Shown here one piece after another: positions 1 through 10,161 of a stretch of DNA of 64,000 nucleotides. This DNA is from Polyangiaceae bacterium (lineage in GTDB: Bacteria > Myxococcota_A > Polyangia > Polyangiales > Polyangiaceae): assembly GCA_036501935.1 (NCBI GenBank), contig DASXZL010000050.1:6620-70619 (forward strand). The letters run 5' to 3'. The notes beneath the pieces are model-generated. The model had not been told where the DNA came from. It saw only the letters and a program-made list of their open reading frames with translations, and did not search any database. The translations under genes and the position numbers were made by a program. Positions within the stretch are counted from its first letter, which is position 1, and every line of letters starts with the position of its first letter.

Positions 1-757
1 AGTTGCACGCGAACGAGCACTGGCTGCTCGCGCACGTCGGCTGCGCGTTGGTCACGTTGTTCGGGCACGCGAGCCCGCATCCGTTGCAGTTGCTCGCGTT
101 GCTGGTCGTGTCGACGCAGGCGCCGCTGCACAGGGTCGGCGTCGTCGTCGGACACCCCGAAACGCACGTGCCCGCGGCGCACACCGGATCGTTCGCCGGA
201 CATGCGTTCGTGCACGAGCCACAGGTGGACTTCGTAGTGATGTCCGTCTCGCACCCGTCGTCGGGCTTGCCGTCGCAATCGGCCCATCCCGCGGCGCATG
301 ACGACGCGGGAAAGCTGCACGCGCCTGCCGTGGTGCAGGACGTCGTCCCCGCGACGTGCGCGAGGTTCGTGCAGTCATGGCCGCACGTGCCGCAGTTGTG
401 CACGTCGCTCGGGACGCACGTCCCGCTGCACTCGATGTCGCCCGTCGAGCACCCTGGCGGAGGTCCCTCGTCGCCCCCCGCCTCCGGGACATCCCCGCCG
501 CCCTCGGCTCCCGTCGCCCCTGTTTCCGCCGCTCCGGCTTCGGCCGCCGTCGCGTCCTGATGGCCCGCGTCGACGGCGGCTCCGTCATGCCCACCCCCGG
601 CCTCGGTGCCGAGCCCCTCGACCGCTGGGTTGTCGTCGGTGGCGTCGGTCCCGCCCGCGCCTGCGTCCGAACCGTCCCCCGCACCGAACGAGCCGCTGCA
701 CGCCACGAGCACCGTCGCCAGCGGCAACCAGAGAAACGAGGACCTATCGAACCGCAT
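1..757 (-). CDS. Secreted Cys-rich lipoprotein, 3' end cut by window edge (not in supplied ORF track)
   Basis: My own reverse-strand translation from ATG at 757 gives MRFDRSSFLWLPLATVLVAC-SGS, with a lipobox L-V-A-C. A Gly/Asp/Ala-rich linker follows, then repeated Cys modules (CSTGDIECSGTCVPSDVHNCGTCGHDC ... CGSCTNACPANDPVCAAGTCVSGC ... CNGCGLAC). The frame stays open to position 1. Confidence 0.6.
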   Translation of the reverse strand, partial: MRFDRSSFLWLPLATVLVACSGSFGAGDGSDAGAGGTDATDDNPAVEGLGTEAGGGHDGAAVDAGHQDATAAEAGAAETGATGAEGGGDVPEAGGDEGPPPGCSTGDIECSGTCVPSDVHNCGTCGHDCTNLAHVAGTTSCTTAGACSFPASSCAAGWADCDGKPDDGCETDITTKSTCGSCTNACPANDPVCAAGTCVSGCPTTTPTLCSGACVDTTSNASNCNGCGLACPNNVTNAQPTCASSQCSFACN

Positions 758-972
758 GAAAAAGCACCCTTCCCGTGCCCCGCCCTCGAGCGCCGGCATG
801 TAGCATGTGGTGCGACGAACGCATCCGACTTCTATTCACCCATCGGCCATCGTTCCTCCGAGGTTGCTCGGGCGGATGTCACCCGATCGGGGGACGGGGG
901 ACGCGGAGCCCTTCGCGGCGCGCGGACGGCTGGTGCAAGGCGAACCCTGGCGTTGTACTCGTCGTTCTCCCC

Positions 973-3558
973 ATGAACCGCGATCCGCTCTCGATCCGCG
1001 CATGGTTCGCCTTTGCCGTGCTGACCGTCTCCGCCTCGGGCTGCCGCGCGCCGGCACCCGCCGCTCGGGCGCCGCTGGCCACGCCCGCGCCTCCCGCGGC
1101 CGTCGTGGCCACGCCGAAGCCACCGGCCTTCGCGGCGAGAGAGGTCTTCCCGCACCACGTGACGGCCCACTGGCTGCAGGACCACGCCCACTTCTTCTAC
1201 CGGAACGAGCAGCCCGACGGCGTGCGTGAGTACCTCCTCGTCGACGCGACGACCGGCGAACGCACTCCCCTCTTCGATCAGACGCGCCTCGCAGCCGCGC
1301 TGAGCCAGGCGAGCGGGAAGGAAGTGAAGCCGGACCACCTGGCCCTCCACCGGCTCGAGCTCGACGAGAAGCGAACGACGATGATCTTCTCCGCGGCCGA
1401 GAAACGCTGGCGCTGCGATCTGCAGACGTACGCCCTCCAGCGGGAGACCGAAAAGCGCGAGGTCGACTCCCTTCGCCTCGCCGCCGAGCCGACCACGCGA
1501 ACCGGTCCGGCGACCGAGCTCACGTTCGTGAACGACTCACGCGGCGCTGTCGCCGTGTACTGGATGGACTTCGAGGGGCACCGCAAGCGCTACGCGACGC
1601 TCCCTCCGGGCAGCCGCCACACGCAACCGACGTACGCCGGCCACGTCTGGGTGCTGACCGACGCGGCGGACCGCGTGCTGATGGCGTTCGAGACGCCGGA
1701 GGACGGCGGCGAGTACGTCGTCGACCAGGAGGACACCCCGCTCGGCAACGTGCCCGTGGCGGTAAAGACTGCGGCGGCGGCGAAAGCCCCGCCGGTCATG
1801 GCCCCTGCCGACGAGCCGCGCGGGATCGCGTCCCCGGATGGCCACCGCCTCGCGTTCGTCAAGGACCACAACGTCTACCTTCGCGACGCACGCACCCGCA
1901 CGGCGGTGGCGCTGAGCCACGATGGCACCGCGGACGACTCGTACGCCGAGGGCGACCTCGCGTGGTCCCCCGATTCGACGCGGATCGTCGCGATGCGCAC
2001 GAAGAAGGGCGACACCCGCAAGGTCTACCTCGTCGAGTCGTCGCCCCACGACCAGCTCCAGCCCAAGCTCGACTCGTACGACTACCTCAAGCCGGGCGAC
2101 CGCATTCCGGTCCAGAAGCCGCATCTCTTCGACGTCACGGCGCGTGCGTCCATCCCGCTGAGCGACTCGCTGTATCCCCAGCCGTGGTCGATCTCGGAGG
2201 TCCGCTGGTCGAGCGACTCGAAGCATTTCAGCTTCCTCTACAACCAGCGCGGCCACCAGATGCTGCGTGTCGTATCGGTCGACGCGCGCAGCGGAGAGGC
2301 GCGCGCCATCGTCGACGAGCAGTCGAAGACGTTCATCGACTACAGCGGCAAGCTCCTCTACCGCCGGCTCGACGACACCCACGAGATCCTCTGGATGTCC
2401 GAGCGCGACGGGTACAACCACCTCTATCTCTACGACGCCGACACGGGCGCCGTGAAGAATCAGATCACGCGCGGCGAGTGGGTGGTGCGCAGCGTCGAGT
2501 CCGTCGACGAGAAGCAGCGCCAGATCTGGTTCTTTGCGGGCGGCGTTCGCCCGGGGCAAGACCCGTACTACCTCCACCTCTGCCGGGTGGGGTTCGACGG
2601 CACGGGGTTCACCGTGCTGACGGAGGGTGACGGGACGCACCTGGTCGAGCTCTCGCCCGATCGGCGCTTCTTCATCGACACCTGGTCGCGCGTCGACCAG
2701 CCTCCCGTGACGGAGCTCCGCCGCGCGAGCGACGGGAAGCTCGTCCGCGAGCTGGAGCGCGCCGACGACCGCCGCCTCCTCGAGACGGGCTGGACGATGC
2801 CCGAGCGGTTCGTCGCCAAGGGCCGCGACGGGCAGACGGACATCTACGGCATCCTGATCCGCCCTTCGAGCTTCGACCCGACGAAGACCTACCCCGTCAT
2901 CGAGGACATCTACGCCGGCCCCACGGGGGCCTTCGTGCCGAAGGCCTTCGGGCTCGAGGAGGACCAGCACGCGCTCGCCGACCGGGGCTTCATCGTCGTG
3001 CAGATCGACGGGATGGGCACGTCCTACCGATCGCGCGCGTTCCACGACGTCGCCTGGAAGAACCTCGCCGACTCGGGTTTTCCCGACCGCATCGCGTGGA
3101 TGAAGGCCGCCGCCGCGAAGCACCCCGAGATGGATCTCACGCGCGTCGGCATCTACGGCGGCTCGGCCGGCGGCCAGAGCGCCCTCCGAGCCCTCCTGTC
3201 TCACGGCGACTTCTACAAGGCTGCCGTCGCCGACTCCGGTTGCCACGACAACCGCATGGACAAGATCTGGTGGAACGAGCAGTGGATGGGCTGGCCGGTC
3301 GACGACAGCTACGTCAAGAGCTCGAACGTGGTGGACGCCCACAATCTGACGGGCAAGCTCCTCCTCATCGAGGGCGAGCTCGATCACAACGTGGACCCGT
3401 CCTCGACGATGCAGGTGGTCGACGCCCTCATCAAGGCCAACAAGGACTTCGAGCTGCTCGTCGTCCCGGGCGGCGGCCACGGCGTCGGGGACAGCCCGTA
3501 CGGGCGACGACGGCGTGCGGACTTCTTCGTCCGGAGCCTCATCGAGAGCAAGCCGTAG
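973..3558 (+). CDS. S9-family serine peptidase (dipeptidyl-peptidase IV-like), probable lipoprotein
   Basis: Track ORF 775..3558 trimmed to ATG 973, giving the signal/lipobox MNRDPLSIRAWFAFAVLTVSASGC. It has a long N-terminal propeller-like region. The C-terminal hydrolase carries the nucleophile elbow IYGGSAGGQ, then Asp (ELDHNVDP) and His (GGGHGV). Confidence 0.85.
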   Translation: MNRDPLSIRAWFAFAVLTVSASGCRAPAPAARAPLATPAPPAAVVATPKPPAFAAREVFPHHVTAHWLQDHAHFFYRNEQPDGVREYLLVDATTGERTPLFDQTRLAAALSQASGKEVKPDHLALHRLELDEKRTTMIFSAAEKRWRCDLQTYALQRETEKREVDSLRLAAEPTTRTGPATELTFVNDSRGAVAVYWMDFEGHRKRYATLPPGSRHTQPTYAGHVWVLTDAADRVLMAFETPEDGGEYVVDQEDTPLGNVPVAVKTAAAAKAPPVMAPADEPRGIASPDGHRLAFVKDHNVYLRDARTRTAVALSHDGTADDSYAEGDLAWSPDSTRIVAMRTKKGDTRKVYLVESSPHDQLQPKLDSYDYLKPGDRIPVQKPHLFDVTARASIPLSDSLYPQPWSISEVRWSSDSKHFSFLYNQRGHQMLRVVSVDARSGEARAIVDEQSKTFIDYSGKLLYRRLDDTHEILWMSERDGYNHLYLYDADTGAVKNQITRGEWVVRSVESVDEKQRQIWFFAGGVRPGQDPYYLHLCRVGFDGTGFTVLTEGDGTHLVELSPDRRFFIDTWSRVDQPPVTELRRASDGKLVRELERADDRRLLETGWTMPERFVAKGRDGQTDIYGILIRPSSFDPTKTYPVIEDIYAGPTGAFVPKAFGLEEDQHALADRGFIVVQIDGMGTSYRSRAFHDVAWKNLADSGFPDRIAWMKAAAAKHPEMDLTRVGIYGGSAGGQSALRALLSHGDFYKAAVADSGCHDNRMDKIWWNEQWMGWPVDDSYVKSSNVVDAHNLTGKLLLIEGELDHNVDPSSTMQVVDALIKANKDFELLVVPGGGHGVGDSPYGRRRRADFFVRSLIESKP

Positions 3559-3585
3559 CCGCGCCCCCTGATATCGTTGGGGCTC

Positions 3586-5403
3586 ATGGTGTCCCTTTCC
3601 GACGGCGAGCGCGTCGCGCTCGGCGAGTACGTCTCCGAGGCGCGGATGCTCGCCCGGGTCATCCGGCGCATCGTCCGCTATCGGCCGACCAGCAAGCACA
3701 ACGTCGCCGAGCTCCTCGAGGCCCGCGCGCTCGAGCATGGCCCGCGGACCGCGATCCTCTTCGGCGACGAGCGCTTCACGTACGACGACTGGAACGCGCG
3801 CGCCAACCGCGTCGCGCACTGGGGCCGCGAGCGGGGTCTTCGCCGGGGGGACGTCGTCGCCCTGCTGATGGAGAATCGCCCGGAGTTCCTCTTCGTGTGG
3901 ACGGGGCTCGCGAAGCTCGGCGTCGTGACCGCGCTCCTGAACACGAACCTCGGCGGGCGCGCGCTCGATCACGCTCTCGCGGCGGCGCGTCCCGTGCGCC
4001 TCGTCGTCGGCGCGGAGTGCCTACCGCAGCTGACGACGCTGTCGAAGGCGCCCCCCACGCACGTCCTGCGCGACCGCTCCGCCTACGAGCTGCCGCGGGG
4101 TGCGCACGATCTCGACGCCGCGCTCGCCGCTCGCCCTGCGAGCAATCCGGACGCGCGGTGGCGCAAAGGCCTCCAGGCGGGGGACGACGTCCTCTACATC
4201 TACACGTCCGGCACCACGGGCTCGCCGAAGGCCGCGCGCCTCAGCCATCTGCGCTTCCTGGCGATCGGCGACGTGCTTTCGGTGTTCGTCGACGGCGCCC
4301 CGGGGGACGTCCTCTACGACGTGCTGCCGCTCTACCACACGGCCGGCGGCGTCATGCTCCCGGCCCTGTCGCTCTTCTCCGCGGCGACGCTCGTCATCCG
4401 CCGCAAGTTCAGCGCAACCGGCTTCTGGGACGACGTTCGCCGGTATCGAGTGACGGGGTTCCAGTACATCGGAGAGCTCTGCCGATATCTGCTCGCGCAG
4501 CCGCCGAAGCCCGAGGACCGCCGGCACGGCCTCCGCTTCGCCGTAGGCAACGGCCTCCGGCCCGACGTGTGGCCGGCGTTTCGAGACCGGTTCGGCATTC
4601 CCCGCATCCACGAGTTCTACGGCGCGACCGAGGGCAACGTCGTGCTCATGAACCTCGACAACCGCGTGGGCGCGGTCGGTCGCGTGCTCATCAAACCGGT
4701 CAGCAACGCGCGCATCATCCGCTACGACGTCGACCGCGACGAGCACCCGCGCGACAAGAAGGGCTTCTGCGTCGAGGCCGCCCGCGGCGAGGTGGGCGAG
4801 ATGATCGGGCGCCTGCCGTTCACGAAGCGAATGGCCCTCGGGAGGTTCGAGGGATACACGTCCGGCGCCGACTCGGAGAAGAAGGTCCTCCACGGCGTCT
4901 TCCGGAAGGGGGACGCCTGGTTTCGCACCGGGGATCTCATGCGCCAGGATGCGCGCGGGTATTTCTATTTCGTCGATCGCATCGGCGATACGTATCGCTG
5001 GAAGGGCGAGAACGTCTCCACGCAAGAAGTGGCGGAGCTTCTCGCACCGTTCCCGGGCGTGCAGATGGCGAACGTCTACGGGGCGCGCGTCGAGGGGGCG
5101 GACGGCCGCGCCGGGATGGTCGCGCTCCTCCTGCACGAGGGGGCGAGCTTCGACGGAAAGAGCTTTTACGCGTTCGTGACCGAGCGTCTCCCGCGTTACG
5201 CCTCTCCGGCGTTCGTTCGGCTTCAACCCGAGGCCGACCTCACGGGGACCTTCAAGCTGCGCAAGGTGGACCTGCAGAAGCAGGGGTTCGATCCGGACCT
5301 CGTGCCCGAGCCGCTCTTCGCGCGGGATGACGCCGCCAGGGCCTACGTCCCCCTCACCCGCGAAATCCACGAGGCCATCCGTGGCGGAAAGTGGGCGCTC
5401 TGA
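3586..5403 (+). CDS. FATP-type / very-long-chain acyl-CoA synthetase (AMP-binding superfamily)
   Basis: Carries the AMP-binding motif YIYTSGTTGSPKAA. The block FYFVDRIGDTYRWKGENVST is typical of fatty-acid-transport-protein-type ligases. ATG 3586 lies in frame within track ORF 3577..5403. Confidence 0.85.
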   Translation: MVSLSDGERVALGEYVSEARMLARVIRRIVRYRPTSKHNVAELLEARALEHGPRTAILFGDERFTYDDWNARANRVAHWGRERGLRRGDVVALLMENRPEFLFVWTGLAKLGVVTALLNTNLGGRALDHALAAARPVRLVVGAECLPQLTTLSKAPPTHVLRDRSAYELPRGAHDLDAALAARPASNPDARWRKGLQAGDDVLYIYTSGTTGSPKAARLSHLRFLAIGDVLSVFVDGAPGDVLYDVLPLYHTAGGVMLPALSLFSAATLVIRRKFSATGFWDDVRRYRVTGFQYIGELCRYLLAQPPKPEDRRHGLRFAVGNGLRPDVWPAFRDRFGIPRIHEFYGATEGNVVLMNLDNRVGAVGRVLIKPVSNARIIRYDVDRDEHPRDKKGFCVEAARGEVGEMIGRLPFTKRMALGRFEGYTSGADSEKKVLHGVFRKGDAWFRTGDLMRQDARGYFYFVDRIGDTYRWKGENVSTQEVAELLAPFPGVQMANVYGARVEGADGRAGMVALLLHEGASFDGKSFYAFVTERLPRYASPAFVRLQPEADLTGTFKLRKVDLQKQGFDPDLVPEPLFARDDAARAYVPLTREIHEAIRGGKWAL

Positions 5404-5607
5404 GGCTCGTGCTCAGCCGCTCCAACGGACGAGACCGGACCCCTCGTGATCGCATGTCACAGAATGGCATTTTGCCTCTGCGTGACAATCCAGACGTTCG
5501 TTCCTTCGCCCCGGCGACCGTAGCTCCGGCGGATATCCGAGTGATTGTCAGGCGAGCCAGGGTGCTCGTGCGGCGACGGTTCACAATGTGCAGCGGACGA
5601 GTCGCCC

Positions 5608-6921
5608 ATGAAGAAACCGGCTTCCGTTCGCCCCGCCGATGGCAAGCTCGGCGTCCTGCTCCCGGGAATGGGTGCGGTCGCGACGACCATGATGGCGGGG
5701 GTCATGCTGGCCCGTCGTGGCAAGGCCTTGCCCATCGGCTCGCTCACGCAGATGGGGACGGTGCGTCTCGGGATGCGTACCGAGAACCGGGCACCGAGGG
5801 TCGCCGACCTCGTTCCTCTCGCCAGCCTCGATCGGATCGTGTTCGGCGGCTGGGACATTTTTCCCGAGAATGCCTTCGAGGCGGCCGAGCATGCCAAGGT
5901 GCTCGAGCCTCGGCACCTGTCCGAGGTGCGGGCCGAGCTCGAGGCCATCGTGCCCATGAAGGGGGTCTTCTATCCGGGTTACGTGAAGAGGTTGAGCGGG
6001 ACGCACACGAAGAGCGCCGGCTCGAAGGCCGACATGGTCGAGCAAGTGCGCGACGACATCCGCACCTTCAAGCGTGACCGCGGATGCGACCGCCTCGTCT
6101 CGGTCTGGTGCGGGAGCACGGAGTCGTACCTGCGGCCCACGGCCGTCCACACCGACACGACGTCGTTCGAGAAGGGCCTCCTCCGCGACGATCCCGCCAT
6201 CTCGAACGCGCAGATCTACGCCTGGGCATCGCTCAAGGAGCGCGTCCCGTTCGCGAACGGCGCGCCGAACCTGTGCGTCGACTTCCCCGCGGCCTGGGAG
6301 CTCGCGCGCGAGCAGCGCGTGCCCCTCGCCGGCAAAGACTTCAAGACCGGCCAGACGCTGATGAAGACCGTGCTCGCCCCCGGCTTCAAGGCACGCCTGC
6401 TCGGCCTGCGCGGCTGGTACAGCACGAACATCCTCGGCAATCGCGACGGAGAGGTCCTCGACGACCCCGAGTGCTTCAAGAGCAAGGAGGTCTCGAAGCT
6501 CGGCGTCCTCGACCAGCTGCTCCAGCCGAAGCTCTATCCCGAGCTCTACGGCGAGCTCGTTCACAAGGTCAGCATCGATTACTACCCCCCGCGCGGCGAC
6601 TCGAAGGAGGGCTGGGACAACATCGATCTCTTCGGGTGGCTCGGATACCCGATGCAGATGAAGGTCAACTTCCTCTGCCGCGACTCGATCCTCGCCGCGC
6701 CGGTCGTCCTCGACCTCGCGCTCTTGCTCGACCTAGCCCATCGCGCCGGCTTCCAAGGAACCCAGGAGTGGCTCAGCTTTTACTTCAAGAGCCCGATGAC
6801 GGCGCCCGGGCTCTACCCCGAGCACGACCTCTTCATTCAACTGATGAAGCTCAAGAACACCCTTCGCTGGATGGTCGGCGAGGAGGTCATCTCCCACCTG
6901 GGTACCGAGTACTATGATTGA
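5608..6921 (+). CDS. ino1: myo-inositol-1-phosphate synthase
   Basis: N-terminal Rossmann segment GVLLPGMGAVATT. Conserved MIPS blocks are NGAPNL, GKDFKTGQTLMKTVLAP and WYSTNILGNRDG, and the C-terminal core block is LCRDSILAAPVVLDL. Trimmed to ATG 5608 (MKKPASV). Confidence 0.85.
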   Translation: MKKPASVRPADGKLGVLLPGMGAVATTMMAGVMLARRGKALPIGSLTQMGTVRLGMRTENRAPRVADLVPLASLDRIVFGGWDIFPENAFEAAEHAKVLEPRHLSEVRAELEAIVPMKGVFYPGYVKRLSGTHTKSAGSKADMVEQVRDDIRTFKRDRGCDRLVSVWCGSTESYLRPTAVHTDTTSFEKGLLRDDPAISNAQIYAWASLKERVPFANGAPNLCVDFPAAWELAREQRVPLAGKDFKTGQTLMKTVLAPGFKARLLGLRGWYSTNILGNRDGEVLDDPECFKSKEVSKLGVLDQLLQPKLYPELYGELVHKVSIDYYPPRGDSKEGWDNIDLFGWLGYPMQMKVNFLCRDSILAAPVVLDLALLLDLAHRAGFQGTQEWLSFYFKSPMTAPGLYPEHDLFIQLMKLKNTLRWMVGEEVISHLGTEYYD

Positions 6922-7987
6922 ACGTCGCGCGCTGCGAGGGGCGGTCGTCGGCTACGGTTTCATCAGCGAGCGTGGCCACGTGCCCGCCTACGCGCGGCCC
7001 GGGGAGACGCCCTTCGAGATCGTGGCCGTGGCGGACGTTTGCGCGGCGCGGCGGGCGAAGGCCCGGGCGGCGCTCCCGAATGCGCGCATCTACGAGACCC
7101 ACGGCGAGCTCCTGATGGCCGAGCGCGGCCGCGTCGACTTCGTCGACGTGTCGACCCCCCCATGCGACCACGCCGCCATCGCCCAGGCCGCGCTGAAGTG
7201 CGGCCTTCACGTGCTCTGCGAGAAGCCCCTCGCTACGAGCGCGAACGAGGCCCGCGCCATGGTGGCGATGGCGCGCGAGCGGCGGCGGGTGCTCTTTCCC
7301 TGCCACAACTACAAGCACGCGCCGGTCGTCAAGGCGGTGCGCCACGTGCTCGACGCGGGCCTCATCGGGCGCCCCAGCGTCGTGACGCTGCAGACGTTCC
7401 GGAACACGCACGCGCGGGGCGTCGACGAGTGGCGGCGCGACTGGCGACGAGAGCGGCGCTTCTCCGGCGGCGGCATCGCGATGGATCACGGGAGCCACAC
7501 CTTCTATCTGGCCTTCGACTGGCTCCGTGAATACCCGACGGACATCACGGCGAAGATGTCGACCCTCGGCGCCTACGACACCGAGGACAACTTCACCTGC
7601 ACGATGAGCTTCCCCAACGGCACGGCCACGGCCACGCTGTCGTGGACCGCCGGGGTGCGGAAGGTCATCTACACGATCCACGGCGACCGGGGCGCGGTGC
7701 GCGTCGAGGACGACAACGTGCAGGTCGCCGTCAAGACCGACGGCCACGAAGGGGCCGAGCCCGTGACCTGGGAGATGAAGGAGCAGCGGGTCGCGTCCGA
7801 GTGGATGGACGCCAGTCACGTCGGCTGGTTCCGCTCGCTCTTCGACGAGTTCGGACAGGCCATCGCGGCCGACGACTACGTCAGCCGCGAGACCGAATCG
7901 GGCGTCCGCGCCATCGAGCTCATCACGGCCGCCTACGCCTCGGCGCACGACCAGTCGCGTGAGCACGTCCTCCTGCGGGGAGCCTGA
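6914..7987 (+). CDS. Gfo/Idh/MocA-family NAD(P)-dependent oxidoreductase (inositol-dehydrogenase-like fold)
   Basis: Dinucleotide-binding segment VVGYGFISERGH near the N-terminus and the family EKP motif (VLCEKPLA). The start overlaps the ino1 stop by 8 nt (ATGATTGA). Confidence 0.8.
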   Translation: MIERRALRGAVVGYGFISERGHVPAYARPGETPFEIVAVADVCAARRAKARAALPNARIYETHGELLMAERGRVDFVDVSTPPCDHAAIAQAALKCGLHVLCEKPLATSANEARAMVAMARERRRVLFPCHNYKHAPVVKAVRHVLDAGLIGRPSVVTLQTFRNTHARGVDEWRRDWRRERRFSGGGIAMDHGSHTFYLAFDWLREYPTDITAKMSTLGAYDTEDNFTCTMSFPNGTATATLSWTAGVRKVIYTIHGDRGAVRVEDDNVQVAVKTDGHEGAEPVTWEMKEQRVASEWMDASHVGWFRSLFDEFGQAIAADDYVSRETESGVRAIELITAAYASAHDQSREHVLLRGA

Positions 7988-7990
7988 CGC

Positions 7991-8788
7991 GTGGTCGACC
8001 TCGCGTGCTCCCTGGCGCTCTTTGCGTGCGTTCTCGCGATCGCGGCGGCTTACGGCGTGCACGTCGCCCGAACGGGATACGCGTGGCACGCGCGCGTCGA
8101 GCGCGCGGGGCGGTCGCCCCTGCTCGGCATGGGTGTCCAGCAGATGGGGTACTGGGCGATGCGGCCCGCGGCCCGCGCGTGCATCGCGCTCGGATGGAGC
8201 GCCAACGCCATCTCGTGGGCTTCGCTCGTTCTGGCGGCGGCGGCCGGCACCGCGCTGGCCTTCGGGCGCTTCGGCGTCGGAGCGGCCCTCAGCGCGGTGT
8301 CCTCCGTCTGCGACGCGCTCGACGGCATGGTGGCGCGCGAGACGGGCACGGCGAGCAACGCGGGCGAGGTGCTCGACGCGACCGTGGATCGCTACGCGGA
8401 GCTCTTCTTCATCGGCGGCGTGGCCTATGCGGCGAGGCTCGACCCCGTCGCGCTGCTGCTCGCCTTCGCCGCGGCCGCCGGCGCGGTCATGGTGAGCTAC
8501 GCGACGGCGAAGGCGGAGGCGCTGCGCGTCGAGGCTCCGCGCGGGGTGATGCGGAGGCAAGAGCGCGCCGTATACCTCGTGCTTGGCGCCGCGCTCGTGC
8601 CCATCGCCGCGGCGGCCGCGGTTCGCTGGGCGCTGCCTACGTGGGTCGGGTGGGCGCCGATGCTCGCGGCCTTCGGGCTCGTCGGCGTCCTCGGCAACGC
8701 GTCGGCCGTGTACAGGTTGCGCGTCGTGGCCGATCGGGTGGTGCTTCAGCCCAGGCACCGGGTCGCAAGGAGCTCGCCGGCGCAATGA
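7991..8788 (+). CDS. CDP-alcohol phosphatidyltransferase family membrane protein (candidate phosphatidylinositol-phosphate synthase)
   Basis: Exact family signature D-x2-D-G-x2-A-R-x8-G-x3-D-x3-D in CDALDGMVARETGTASNAGEVLDATVDRY. The protein is polytopic and hydrophobic. GTG start lies 3 nt after the upstream stop. Confidence 0.8.
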   Translation: MVDLACSLALFACVLAIAAAYGVHVARTGYAWHARVERAGRSPLLGMGVQQMGYWAMRPAARACIALGWSANAISWASLVLAAAAGTALAFGRFGVGAALSAVSSVCDALDGMVARETGTASNAGEVLDATVDRYAELFFIGGVAYAARLDPVALLLAFAAAAGAVMVSYATAKAEALRVEAPRGVMRRQERAVYLVLGAALVPIAAAAAVRWALPTWVGWAPMLAAFGLVGVLGNASAVYRLRVVADRVVLQPRHRVARSSPAQ

Positions 8789-10161
8789 CAGCGACCTTCC
8801 GGACTCCGCACGACCAGAAGATCCACCTGAAGACGGCCGTCCCCGGCCCGAAGAGCCGCGCGCTCCGCGCCCGCGAGGACGCCCACATCGCCCCCGGACT
8901 CCAGGGCTACGCGGTCATGGCGGGCATCGTCGTCGACCACGCCGAGGGCAGCGCCATCACCGACGCCGACGGCAACGTGCTACTCGACTTCGTCGGCGGG
9001 ATCGGCGTCAACGCGCTCGGCCACGCGCACCCGAAGATCGTCGACGCCATCCAGCGTCAGGTCGCGCGCGCACACGTGGGCTCCTTCACCAGCGAGGCTC
9101 GCGTCGAGCTCGTCGAGAGGCTCGCCGCTCACGCCCCCGCCCCGCAGCTTCACCGTGCGCAGCTCTACTCCGGCGGCGCCGAGGCGGTGGAGAGCGCCCT
9201 CCGCCTCGCGAAGAGCCACACCCGGAAGAACGAGCTCGTGTCGTTCTGGGGGGGATTTCACGGCAAGACCATGGGCGCCCTCTCGCTCATGGGCTCGACG
9301 TACAAGGAGGGCCTCGGGCCGATGGTGCCGGGCAGCCACCTCATCCCGTACGCCAACTGCTACCGCTGCCCCATCGGCTCGACGTATCCGTCGTGCGGCC
9401 TCGGTTGCGTGGAGCTGGGGCGAAAGCAGCTGCGGATGGAGAGCGCGGGATCCATCGCGGCGTTCATCATCGAGCCCATGCAAGGCACCGCGGGCAACAT
9501 CGTACCGCCGGACGACTTTCTGCCGGCCGTGCACGCGCTGGCCAGGGAGCACGACGCGCTACTCATCGCCGACGAGATGATCACCGGCTTCGGTCGGACG
9601 GGGACGTGGTGGGGGATCCAGCACTCGGGCGTCGTCCCGGACATCGTCACGATCGGCAAGGCCTTCGGCGGAGGCTTTCCGCTCTCGGGCCTGCTCACGA
9701 CCGACGACATCGGAAAGGCCAAGCCGTGGAGCGCGCAGAGCGGCTCTTCGTCGAGCTATGGCGGCAACCCGCTCGGCGCGGCGGCCGGCGCGGCGGCGCT
9801 GCAGGTCATCGAGGACGAGAACCTCGTCGACAACGCGCGGGGGGTGGGACGAGCGCTTCTCGACGAGCTACGGCCCTTCGTCGACGATTACCCCTTCGTC
9901 GGCGAGGTCCACGGTCGTGGCCTCTTCCTCGGGATCGAGCTGGTCCGCGACAAGAAGACCAAGGAGCCCTTGTCGCGCACCGTCACCCGCCGAATCTTCG
10001 ACGCATGCGTGGCGCGCGGTCTGCTGACGATGGCCTACTCGCCGAGCTTCCGCCTGCAGCCGGCGCTGACGATCGACCGCGCGACGGCGCAGGCGGGGGT
10101 GGCCGTGCTGCGCGAGGTGTTCGACCTCGTGAAACGCGAGCGGAGCTGGGAGGCGCCCTGA
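8785..10161 (+). CDS. Class III (PLP) aminotransferase
   Basis: In-frame ATG 8785 within track ORF 8005..10161, overlapping the upstream stop as ATGA. Motifs: LDFVGGIGVNALGHAHP, ADEMITGFGRTG, and the PLP-lysine context DIVTIGKAFGGGFP. Confidence 0.85.
   Translation: MTATFRTPHDQKIHLKTAVPGPKSRALRAREDAHIAPGLQGYAVMAGIVVDHAEGSAITDADGNVLLDFVGGIGVNALGHAHPKIVDAIQRQVARAHVGSFTSEARVELVERLAAHAPAPQLHRAQLYSGGAEAVESALRLAKSHTRKNELVSFWGGFHGKTMGALSLMGSTYKEGLGPMVPGSHLIPYANCYRCPIGSTYPSCGLGCVELGRKQLRMESAGSIAAFIIEPMQGTAGNIVPPDDFLPAVHALAREHDALLIADEMITGFGRTGTWWGIQHSGVVPDIVTIGKAFGGGFPLSGLLTTDDIGKAKPWSAQSGSSSSYGGNPLGAAAGAAALQVIEDENLVDNARGVGRALLDELRPFVDDYPFVGEVHGRGLFLGIELVRDKKTKEPLSRTVTRRIFDACVARGLLTMAYSPSFRLQPALTIDRATAQAGVAVLREVFDLVKRERSWEAP

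Noticed and set aside
5455-5487. Possible sigma-54 promoter or operator upstream of ino1 (tgtcac…tggcattttgcc…gtgaca).
   Set aside because: The GG-to-GC spacing does not fit the TGGCAC-N5-TTGC geometry; I count 8 or 14 rather than 12. The 6-bp inverted arms are too short to be significant on their own.
8005-8784. N-terminal 260 aa of track ORF 8005..10161, implying a 718-aa aminotransferase fusion.
   Set aside because: This stretch is an alternative frame of the CDP-alcohol phosphatidyltransferase gene. ATG 8785 gives a normal-length class III aminotransferase with an ATGA coupling overlap.
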